NCBI GenBank assembly: GCA_038321985.1
Contig: JBBQFN010000017.1
Span: forward strand, 47,681-111,680
Source of the DNA: Cyanophyceae cyanobacterium
GTDB lineage: Bacteria > Cyanobacteriota > Cyanobacteriia > Cyanobacteriales > Laspinemataceae
Direction of reading: 5' to 3'
DNA length: 64,000 nucleotides
The notes below the pieces were generated by a model, which saw only the letters and a program-made list of their open reading frames with translations, had not been told where the DNA came from and made no database searches. Below, one piece after another: positions 25,093 to 33,376 of the stretch (positions are counted from its first letter, which is position 1; the number at the start of each line of letters is the position of its first letter). Both the position numbers and the translations under genes were made by a program.

Positions 25093-25821
25093 TCAACCCT
25101 GACGTTTAGTGACGACTAATACTCCCATAATGCCACCTGAAATGGGGTAATGTGTGGCTTGGGCGAATCCTGCTTGTTGAGCCAGACGGATTTGTTCGGG
25201 TCCTTGGGGGAATTTTTCAAGACTGGGGAGGATGTAGGCGTATTCATCCTGCAATCCATTGGCGGTGGCAACGGGGACGACGACTGCCTGGAGAATCCAC
25301 TGCTGAATCCCGTGGATGGTGGGATTGCTGGGGCGATGGAAGTCCAGGATCGCCGCCGTAGCACCGGGTTTGAGGACGCGATGAAGTTCGCTGAGACTGC
25401 GCTGAATATCCGTGACGTTACGCAATCCATATCCCATCGTTGCCGCATCAAAAAAATTATCGGCAAAGGGGAGATTGAGGGCGTCTGCTTCGATCCATTG
25501 GATAGAAAGTGGGGGATAGTGGTTATTCGCACGCTGACGGGCGATTTCCAGTTGAGCACAGGAGAAATCCACGCCGAATACCTGTCCGGTTCTACCGACT
25601 CGTTCGGCCAACAATTGGGCCAGGTCCCCACTACCACAGCACAAATCTAAGCAAGTATCACCGGAACTGGCATGAGTCCATTTGACAGCCATCAATTTCC
25701 AGATCCGGTGTTGTCCGACGCTTAACCAATCGTTGAGGCGATCGTAAACGGGGGCTATCCGGTTAAATAGAGCTTGAACGCGATCGGCGTCGGTTGTTTG
25801 TTTGACAGCAGGAGGGGTCAT
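25093..25821 (-). CDS. menG: Demethylphylloquinone/UbiE-family methyltransferase
   Basis: FNRIAPVYDRLN, LDLCCGSGD, GYGLRNV, RVLKPG; ATGA overlap with the upstream gene. Confidence 0.9.
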   Translation of the reverse strand: MTPPAVKQTTDADRVQALFNRIAPVYDRLNDWLSVGQHRIWKLMAVKWTHASSGDTCLDLCCGSGDLAQLLAERVGRTGQVFGVDFSCAQLEIARQRANNHYPPLSIQWIEADALNLPFADNFFDAATMGYGLRNVTDIQRSLSELHRVLKPGATAAILDFHRPSNPTIHGIQQWILQAVVVPVATANGLQDEYAYILPSLEKFPQGPEQIRLAQQAGFAQATHYPISGGIMGVLVVTKRQG

Positions 25822-26765
25822 GGATGATATCGAGTACAAGTTAGGGCCAGAGCAACCTGCTGTGCGGAGAGATGCAACAGTTCGAGTTCATCTTCGCGCA
25901 GGATAGAGGGTTCTTTCCATTGCAGGGATAAGACAGCGATTTGCTCGTTGCGGTAATCAATGGGGATTGCCAGATGCGCTTGAATTCCAGAAGTTTGGTA
26001 ATGTGGGACTTGAGAGAGATTGGGGTCTTTGGTAATATCTACGGCTATCTGAACATTTCCCGTGGCGATCGCCTCCGCAATCAACGGGTCATCCCCTAAC
26101 CAATTCTCCACGGGTCCATTTTTACTGTAGGTACTTTGAGCCGGAGTTAAGGCATTTTGCTCCACCAACTGTAAAATACAGTAATCCGGAGAAAAATTAG
26201 CCCCAAACGCCTGAGCAAGGGGGGGCAAGCACGCCTCTAAACTCTTTGCCGAACGAGCGACCCCGACAATGGTCATCAGCAGATTGGTTTGCGCCTGAGC
26301 GCGTCGCAGTTCCTCCGTCCGTTGCTTGAGCAGTTCATAAGTTTCTGCCGCCCGTTGAACCACCGTTTTTAGTTCGTTGGGGTCCCAGGGTTTAGTAATG
26401 TATTTATAGACTTGTCCGGAGTTGATCGCCTCAACGAGATCTTCAATATCCGTAAACCCAGTAAGGATTATCCTTACCGTATTGGGAAACTGGGGAACCG
26501 TTTTACTTAAAAACTCCGTTCCCTTCATTTCCGGCATCCGCTGATCAGAGATGATCACTGCCACCTCGCCTTCTTCAGAGAGAATCTCTAAAGCACTGGC
26601 TCCACTATCCGCTTTTAGAACCTGAAACTCTCGCCGGAAGGTGCGATAGAGCAAATCCAGGTTATCTGGTTCGTCATCAACGACCAGCATTTTCGGTTTT
26701 TTTCTTCGCTCTCGACTTTTCAATTGACTTTTGATGTTATCTAGTTCAGGGATTGCGTTATCCAT
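25818..26765 (-). CDS. Response regulator (receiver + GAF)
   Basis: VVDDE, ISDQRMP, TKPW; C-terminal GAF-like AHLAIPI; start placed at MDNAIP. Confidence 0.88.
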   Translation of the reverse strand: MDNAIPELDNIKSQLKSRERRKKPKMLVVDDEPDNLDLLYRTFRREFQVLKADSGASALEILSEEGEVAVIISDQRMPEMKGTEFLSKTVPQFPNTVRIILTGFTDIEDLVEAINSGQVYKYITKPWDPNELKTVVQRAAETYELLKQRTEELRRAQAQTNLLMTIVGVARSAKSLEACLPPLAQAFGANFSPDYCILQLVEQNALTPAQSTYSKNGPVENWLGDDPLIAEAIATGNVQIAVDITKDPNLSQVPHYQTSGIQAHLAIPIDYRNEQIAVLSLQWKEPSILREDELELLHLSAQQVALALTCTRYHP

Positions 26766-27057
26766 AACACTACAATAAACTCCTTTCGCCCCACAGTCCG
26801 GGTAGCAGACCTCAATCAATAGTACCCAATCTGGGTAAGGGGGTAGAAAATCCAACTGAAAAGTTGCGATCGCCCTTGGACGCTACGCCCTCACCCGCCC
26901 ACTTCACCCCTACTTCTCCCTGCCGAAACCCGTTTTACCTCGCGTTGCTTACGCTGATTCCCACCGCTCATCGGGATCCTTTGCCCGGATTCCCGTTATA
27001 GACAAGCAAAGGCGATCGGCTAAACTCCCTGCCCCTCACTTTCTCCACAGAATCAAA

Positions 27058-27066
27058 TGCTAGACT
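27058..27066 (+). promoter_or_regulatory. Putative extended -10 element of ssb
   Basis: TGcTAGACT about 30 nt upstream of ATG 27095. Confidence 0.4.
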
Positions 27067-27094
27067 AATAAATTGACCCTTACTTGTCATGCTT

Positions 27095-27242
27095 ATGAGT
27101 TTAAATGTAGTCACCTTAGTTGGTCGAGCAGGCCGTGATCCAGATGTCAAATATTTTGAGTCTGGTAGTGTTGTTTGTAAGTTGACCCTAGCGGTGAATC
27201 GTCCCACTCGGAACAGTGATACCCCGGACTGGTTTAATTTAG
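27095..27242 (+). CDS. ssb: Single-stranded DNA-binding protein, exon 1
   Basis: MSLNVVTLVGRAGRDPDVKYFESGSVVCKLTLAVNRPTRNSDTPDWFNL plus one G. Confidence 0.95.
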
Positions 27243-28721
27243 GTGTGACCCGTTAGTTAGAAACCTTATTTTACAAAAATAAGGGGGATTAACTACAAGG
27301 AAATGGGAAAAATTCCCAACCCTTGATAACTGAATGTTCATGTTGGTGAGAGCTATTAATATCCCGTTGAAGAGAAAACAGAATCCTTCAACCCCTCAAG
27401 TCCAACCCTCTCGGATGCAAGAGTGAAAGCGTCCTCCTCACCCTTGAAACTAGCCCTTTCATCGGTGGCAGCAAAGGAGGAAACGGAGGTCATTCGGACC
27501 CTTACCGAAAATCCCTTCTAGCAAGAGGTTATGGGTAGCTGAATGCAAAGGTATGTAACCGTCGTTAACCAGTCCCAGCGAAAGAGGTTGATACGCTGGC
27601 GTCAAAATGACCTAGGGTTAAACTGTCATCTTCAACCGAAGCCTGACAGCTTGGAATTGCCCATCTAAATGGCGCAATTTGCATCCCCCCCACCCTCGGC
27701 GGATAGTACCACCCTAACACCTCAAAACAATGAACATTCGGAACGGGGAGTCTATGACATTTCTTAAAAGGGGTCGATATTTTAAGTAGGTGCTAACCGG
27801 ATAATGTCATCAGACGAGGATTGGGACCGAAGCCAATGCCTAACTGTAATGGTTATGGATATGCTGATAGTCTCACAGTGATTTGGAGATAAATTCATCA
27901 ATTGCAATGCAAATGTCTAAAACCAGTCAAGTGACTCGGGTGGAATGGAACAAACTCAACTGGCGTAAGCTAGAACGAGCCGTGTTTAAGTTGCAAAACA
28001 GAATTTTTAGAGCCGCTCAACGTGGAGATGAAAAAGCCGTTCGCAAGCTGCAAAAAACTCTAGCACGCTCTTGGTCCGCACAATGCCTTGCTGTTCGGAA
28101 GGGGATTAAATTAGGAAATCAGTTACAAGAAATTACGGGGTTGACCCCAAGGCTGTTCCCGAGAAAATCTCCTCAATATCAGACGAACAATCCCTTATTG
28201 AGTGAGAAAAGTGAGATGAAAGGTCGGCAAAATAGACTGAAAGGGATAGATCATCCTTCTCAGATGAAAAGAGGCGATCGCAACCTTACACCAGCCGAAA
28301 GTATTCGGACTTGTACTAAAAATCTCTCTCTTCTGTTCAAGGCGAATAAAACCGCAAAAATCGAAGATTTAATCCCCAAAATCAACAGCATAATCCAAGG
28401 TTGGATCCACCAAAACCGGCATCAATGTAATAGAACAGTGCGTAAAAAAATCTATCATGATTTGCACCTAATGATTATGCATTGGGGACATAGACGGACC
28501 CAGAGTTACAAGAAAGCGTATCACCGCTATTGGCAGCAGAGACATGGCCTTTTAAACCCCAGCTATAACTTGATAAAGTCTTCACCAAACGGGGGAATTT
28601 ACACCCAGAGCGGCTCTCTAAAACCCCATTTGCCAAATCACTGAGGAGCCGTATGAGGGGAAACTCTCATGTACGGTTTTGAATCAGAGGTTAGTCAGGT
28701 GACTGACAAATCGACTGTAAC
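27243..28721 (+). mobile_element. Group II intron (IIB/chloroplast-like), 1479 nt, inserted in ssb
   Basis: 5' GTGTG; domain V GAGCCGTATGAGGGGAAACTCTCATGTACGGTTT (28646-28679) with AGC triad; domain VI-like stem; 3' AAC; removal restores the ssb frame. Confidence 0.95.
27907..28644 (+). CDS. Intron-encoded protein lacking the RT core (RVT_N/RT0 + maturase domain X)
   Basis: WNKLNWRKLERAVFKLQNRIFRA...VRKLQKTL...LAVRK, then LIPKINSIIQGW...WGHRR...RYW; no YADD, PQG or HNH. Confidence 0.85.
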   Translation: MQMSKTSQVTRVEWNKLNWRKLERAVFKLQNRIFRAAQRGDEKAVRKLQKTLARSWSAQCLAVRKGIKLGNQLQEITGLTPRLFPRKSPQYQTNNPLLSEKSEMKGRQNRLKGIDHPSQMKRGDRNLTPAESIRTCTKNLSLLFKANKTAKIEDLIPKINSIIQGWIHQNRHQCNRTVRKKIYHDLHLMIMHWGHRRTQSYKKAYHRYWQQRHGLLNPSYNLIKSSPNGGIYTQSGSLKPHLPNH

Positions 28722-28954
28722 AAATTTGGGGGAAACCCGCAGAAATTGCGGCTCAATATGTCCGAAAAGGAAATTTGATTGGAGTCACAGGGAGCTTAAA
28801 ATTTGACTATTGGAATGACCGTTCCAGTGGTGTCCAACGTTCCAATCCAATCATTAGTGTCGAGCGCCTAGATTTACTCGGCTCCAAACAGGATAACGAA
28901 CACAGTGGAGACCAGTCGAGTATGGGAGGTAGTTATCAAAACGATGAATTCTAA
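28722..28954 (+). CDS. ssb: Single-stranded DNA-binding protein, exon 2
   Basis: (G)AA ATT TGG...: EIWGKPAEIAAQYVRKGNLIGVTGSLKFDYW...RLDLLGSKQD...NDEF*; spliced product is 126 aa with an acidic tail. Confidence 0.95.
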
Positions 28955-28969
28955 CCTCTAAAAAAACAG

Positions 28970-28998
28970 GTAAGGACAGGGTATTACCTTGTCCTTAC
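28970..28998 (+). terminator. Hairpin after ssb
   Basis: GTAAGGACAGGGTA-T-TACCTTGTCCTTAC. Confidence 0.6.
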
Positions 28999-29029
28999 TG
29001 AATAACAAGATAGAAATAAAGGAGGAAGA

Positions 29030-29602
29030 ATGGGGGTTACCTTAAATCTGCCACCGGCGCTAAAACTGACTCCAGAACAGTTTGCCGAACTAGCGCAAAT
29101 CAATCAAGAATTACAACTAGAATTAACGGCAACTGGAGAGTTAATCATTATGCCACCAACCGGAGGAGAAACGGGCGATCGCAACTTTGAATTAAGCGGT
29201 CAGTTGTGGGAGTGGAATCGTAAAAATAGCTTGGGTAAAGCCTTTGATTCTTCCACGGGGTTTCGGTTGCCCAATGGTGCAGTGCGATCGCCCGATGTCA
29301 GTTGGATCAAACTAGAACGATGGGACGCCTTAACCCCAGAACAACGTAAGAAATTTTTACCCTTATGTCCCGATTTCGCCGTCGAATTAGTCTCCGAAAC
29401 TGATGAAATTAAAACCACCCGTTCCAAAATGCAAGAATACCTCACTAACGGATTACGCTTAGGTTGGTTAATCGACCCTGAAACTAAAACCGTCGAGATT
29501 TATCGTCAAAATCGCAAAGTAGAAATTTTGCAGTCTCCCCCTACCCTATCCGGAGAAGAAGTATTACCGGATTTTATTCTAACCTTACAACCGATTTGGT
29601 AA
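29030..29602 (+). CDS. Uma2 (DUF820) family endonuclease-like protein
   Basis: ELTATGELIIMPPTGG, FDSSTGF, SPDVSW, CPDFAVEL, LGWLIDP. Confidence 0.92.
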   Translation: MGVTLNLPPALKLTPEQFAELAQINQELQLELTATGELIIMPPTGGETGDRNFELSGQLWEWNRKNSLGKAFDSSTGFRLPNGAVRSPDVSWIKLERWDALTPEQRKKFLPLCPDFAVELVSETDEIKTTRSKMQEYLTNGLRLGWLIDPETKTVEIYRQNRKVEILQSPPTLSGEEVLPDFILTLQPIW

Positions 29603-29653
29603 ACTGAAAGTCATAAAGAGTTAAAAGAAAACATCAAAACCGAGGAGAATATC

Positions 29654-30226
29654 ATGATTGCTAATCCAAACCAAAATTATATGAGTCCAGAGGAATACTT
29701 AGAATGGGAGGAAAAACAACCCCTCAAACATGAATATATGAATGGCGAAATCCTTGCCATGACTGGGGAAACCATTGCTCATAATGAAATAGCTATTAAT
29801 TTAACAATGGCACTCAAAAATCACATTCGAGGAAAAGGATGTAAAGTCCTAATGGCCGATTCCAAACTAGGGGTTTCTGAATCTGGACCTTTCCACTATC
29901 CTGATGTCATGGTTACCTGCAATGAACAGGATAAACGCGCCAAAAATACGATTAACTTCCCTTGTTTAATTGTGGAGGTACTCTCACCAGGAACCGAGGG
30001 ATTTGACCGAGGCCAAAAATTCCAAAACTATCGGCAGATTTCCACCTTACGCGAGTATGTCCTGGTGAGTGCAAACCAAAAGATGGTGGAGTGTTTCCGA
30101 TTGAATGAAAAAGAGTTATGGGAACTCTCCACTTATGGAGAAGGCGATGAGATAGAACTGGCAAGTATCGAATTTAGGTTTCCCCTAGACTTGATTTATG
30201 AAGAGGTTGTATTTGGCGAAAACTAA
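29654..30226 (+). CDS. Uma2 (DUF820) family endonuclease-like protein
   Basis: HEYMNGEILAM, YPDVMVTC, PCLIVEVLSP, EYVLV. Confidence 0.92.
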   Translation: MIANPNQNYMSPEEYLEWEEKQPLKHEYMNGEILAMTGETIAHNEIAINLTMALKNHIRGKGCKVLMADSKLGVSESGPFHYPDVMVTCNEQDKRAKNTINFPCLIVEVLSPGTEGFDRGQKFQNYRQISTLREYVLVSANQKMVECFRLNEKELWELSTYGEGDEIELASIEFRFPLDLIYEEVVFGEN

Positions 30227-30250
30227 GCCGGGTCAACTTTAAATTTAAAA

Positions 30251-30565
30251 ATAAAAGAGCATCCCTTGACCCCCCAGCATTTTGCGGAATTTGATCGCTG
30301 TTATGGGGATGATCCGGATGGGAATGGCAAGCGGGAAGATTTGCGAGGGGAAGGGCGGTTTCAGTGGTTTTCCCTAGCGGCAATCAAGGAACGAGGTTAC
30401 AAACTAGATATAACTTGACTCAGGGATGAGAGTTTGGAGGATGTGGCACAGTTGCCGGAACCCCCAGACTTGGCGAGTGAGGTTATTACGGACTTAGAAG
30501 CAGTAGGTGATGATTTCAAGGATATTTTAGATTTGATCCAATTGGATGGAGAGGACGATTTCTAA
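30251..30565 (+). pseudogene. 3' fragment of a type I restriction-modification hsdM
   Basis: Manual translation HPLTPQHFAEFDRCYGDDPDG...ERGYKLDIT*LRDESLEDVAQLPEPPDLASEVITDLEAV; no start; TGA at 30416 where W is expected. Confidence 0.75.
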
Positions 30566-30668
30566 ACCTTAGATTACTAGGGATAAATTCAACCCGTTTG
30601 ATAAAATTTATATACAGTAGCGAGTTTTTTAAGTATAATCACAAAATATTTGAGAAATTTTTCTATAT

Positions 30669-31049
30669 ATGATTAATTTATCTAGTCTTGAAGCCAAAGC
30701 CTCTCAGGTGCGTTTTGCTGTGGCATCTATGGCACTGTTGGTGGCAGTGGCAGAAGAAAGCGATCGCATCCCACCCGTACCCGCTAGTGTTGCGGCAGAG
30801 TTTGGGCTAGAATTGCATCAGAAATTTGGCGGAGGCAAAAATATTGCCTTGGCAAAAGGGATCGCCTCGGGAAAAGCGATCGCTCACGAACAGATTCAAG
30901 CGATCGCTATGTTTTTTGAAACCTTTGAGCCGGATCGGGAGGATCCAGGTTGGCAGAATAATGAAAATCCGTCACGGGGTTGGATTTGCTGGCTGCTTAT
31001 GGGTACCGATTGGCGGTGGGCGACAAATTACATGAAGGTGTATTTATGA
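30669..31049 (+). CDS. Hypothetical 126-aa protein coupled to hsdR
   Basis: Stop TGA overlaps the hsdR ATG (ATGA, 31046-31049). Confidence 0.65.
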   Translation: MINLSSLEAKASQVRFAVASMALLVAVAEESDRIPPVPASVAAEFGLELHQKFGGGKNIALAKGIASGKAIAHEQIQAIAMFFETFEPDREDPGWQNNENPSRGWICWLLMGTDWRWATNYMKVYL

Positions 31050-33376
31050 ACAAAACAATTATTAATGAAGACGAAGCCGAGATTCTAATCGAGGAGCATT
31101 TACGCGATCGCGGTTGGAAAATTACGGATTTTGAAACGACTCGCAAGCGTTGGCGCAAACACCTCGATGGGGAAGAAGCCGATCGCGTTTTTCTTTATGA
31201 AGGTAAGATTGTTGCTATTCTTGAAGCGAAAAAGCCCGGAAAAGATTTATGGGCTGCTCTGGATCAAGCGAAAGGATATGCTCGGACTTATAAAAAAAAT
31301 ACAGGTTGTGACGTTCCTTTAGTATTTGCCAGTGATGGGAAAATTTACCTCCGCCAAAACTTAAAAGCCAATACTTTACCTGAAAAAATTATAAACTTTC
31401 CTACTCCAACAGAGTTTGGAGAAATTTTTAACCCACAGGTAATAGAATTACATGGAACTTTACGCGACTATCAGCGAGTGGCTGTTTCTCAAGTTTTGGG
31501 TGCAACTCAGGCGGGTAGACGGCGGATGTATTTGCAAATGGCGACGGGAACAGGTAAAACGATTACGGCGGCGGGAGTTATTGCTAAACTCTGGTCTGTG
31601 GGGCTTTGTCGTCGGGCTTTATTTTTAGTAGATCGAGATTCTTTAGCCGTGCAAACCGTTAAAAAGTTTCGGACTTATTTAGGAGATAATTTTAACGTTG
31701 AAAGAGCATTAGGCGATAAAGAAGATAAACATAGAGACATTCTGGTTAGCACGGTTCAACATTTAGCCAGTCGAAATAAATATCAAAATTACGATCTAGA
31801 CCATTTTAATTTAGTGATTTTGGATGAATGCCATCGCTCTTATTTTGGCGATTGGTATGGCGTTTTAGAACATTTCTTTAATGGCGGTGCAGTTTTATTA
31901 GGATTAACTGCCACTCCTGCTGCTAAGGAAACGATTAACACAGACCGATTTTTTACTGATGCGGGGCAGTATCAAGGGCCGATTTATCGCTACACCATTC
32001 GGCAGGGAGAAAATAACCCAGATGTTCCTGACTGGGAACGGTTAGCCAGATGTATTCACCATAAATTTCATACCAACGTGGACTTAGAAGGGGTTCACGA
32101 TATGGGGTTTGATTTTGAGCCGGATCAGTTGGGTAAGGCGGTAGATGTACCCCAGCGAAATGAAATGATTGCTGAGAAATATTTTGAGGATATTCTCGGC
32201 ACAAAAGAGCCTGTAAAAACGATGGTTTTTGCGGCTTCTATTGCTCATGCTAAAAATCTTCGCTATGCCTTGATTGAAGAATACAATCGCCGTAATAAAT
32301 TACCGCTCACCGATGCTTCAGCAGAAAAGTTTATTGTAACAGTTCACAGTCAAATGGCGGGGTCTAGGGAATTAATAGAAGAGTTCCAAAAGGTCACGGA
32401 TGCGGCAGAACGAAAAGCGATTATTCGGCAAGCGCACAAAGACCCGGATATGAAACCTCAACCGATTATTTTGATTGGGGTGGGAATGTTGGATACTGGC
32501 ATTGATGCGCCTGATGTGGAAGTTTTATTAATGGCCCGACCCACTAAATCTAAGGTGCTTTATGTGCAGATGAAGGGGCGGGGAACTCGCAAATGTCAAG
32601 AGACAGGTAAGGAGTTTTATAAGTTAGTTGATTTTGTAGATATTACTAGCCTTGAACCTGTAATTACTAACGATACAACAGGCGTAGAAGATGAGCCAGT
32701 AGAGCAGGAAGAAGCGGAAATCATTAAGGGCGATCGCTCTCAGGGTAGCGAGGGTACGGGTAAAAAGCCTAAAGAAGAAAGCGGCATTCAGCAAGAAATG
32801 GTGATTGCTGATGTTCCCGTTCATCTAGTGTTTTCTGAAACGATTTCACCTGTAGTTTTAGACGAATTGCGGCGACAGGTAGAAGCCCAATTAAAAGGCG
32901 GTTTAGAACGGGAATCTTTAAAACAGCGTTTTGCTCAAACTATTCTTTGTTGGCAGTATTTTAAAGGGAAGACAACACCAGAACGGGCATTTTTAGCGAC
33001 GATGGGGTTCGATCTCCCTGAGTTGCGGGACTTGTACGGGGAACCCGAGGCGATGCTAGAGGATTTTATTGCAGTTGCAACAGGGGAGGCGGATTTTGAA
33101 ACTTTGCACCAGCATCGAGATTTTGAAGATTGGGCGCTGGAAAAGGGGTTAAATAGAGAACAGCGGGAAATGGTGCTGATGGTGTCTGACTTCAAACGCG
33201 CTAACCCTGAAATTACCCCCCGGCAAGTTCTTAAAAGTCAGTGGCTTTTTCAAATCGGTGGTATGCTGACCATTAAGAATTTATTTGGCAGTTTAGAGCG
33301 GTTGATTATTTTAGCTGATGAAGCATTAACCTTGTCAGTGGGTGCATCTATAGAGGAGGAAGGGGAAAATGGCTAG
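31046..33376 (+). CDS. hsdR: Type I restriction enzyme R subunit
   Basis: EAD...ILEAKK nuclease motif, MATGTGKT, LDECH, GLTATP, TGIDAP, QMKGRGTR. Confidence 0.9.
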   Translation: MNKTIINEDEAEILIEEHLRDRGWKITDFETTRKRWRKHLDGEEADRVFLYEGKIVAILEAKKPGKDLWAALDQAKGYARTYKKNTGCDVPLVFASDGKIYLRQNLKANTLPEKIINFPTPTEFGEIFNPQVIELHGTLRDYQRVAVSQVLGATQAGRRRMYLQMATGTGKTITAAGVIAKLWSVGLCRRALFLVDRDSLAVQTVKKFRTYLGDNFNVERALGDKEDKHRDILVSTVQHLASRNKYQNYDLDHFNLVILDECHRSYFGDWYGVLEHFFNGGAVLLGLTATPAAKETINTDRFFTDAGQYQGPIYRYTIRQGENNPDVPDWERLARCIHHKFHTNVDLEGVHDMGFDFEPDQLGKAVDVPQRNEMIAEKYFEDILGTKEPVKTMVFAASIAHAKNLRYALIEEYNRRNKLPLTDASAEKFIVTVHSQMAGSRELIEEFQKVTDAAERKAIIRQAHKDPDMKPQPIILIGVGMLDTGIDAPDVEVLLMARPTKSKVLYVQMKGRGTRKCQETGKEFYKLVDFVDITSLEPVITNDTTGVEDEPVEQEEAEIIKGDRSQGSEGTGKKPKEESGIQQEMVIADVPVHLVFSETISPVVLDELRRQVEAQLKGGLERESLKQRFAQTILCWQYFKGKTTPERAFLATMGFDLPELRDLYGEPEAMLEDFIAVATGEADFETLHQHRDFEDWALEKGLNREQREMVLMVSDFKRANPEITPRQVLKSQWLFQIGGMLTIKNLFGSLERLIILADEALTLSVGASIEEEGENG

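Noticed and set aside
26968..27207. 79-aa minus-strand ORF
   Set aside because: Antisense shadow of ssb exon 1
27883..28644. Retron, DGR or functional reverse transcriptase
   Set aside because: No catalytic YxDD, no TR/VR pair or msr-msd; the flanks are group II intron RNA
28955..30668. Duplicated tRNA-Gly 3' end (att site) or second transposon end at the island's left border
   Set aside because: Neither found by eye; no integrase or transposase in the window
30980..31045. Longer TTG start for hsdR
   Set aside because: ATG 31046 gives ATGA coupling to the upstream ORF and a typical HsdR N-terminus
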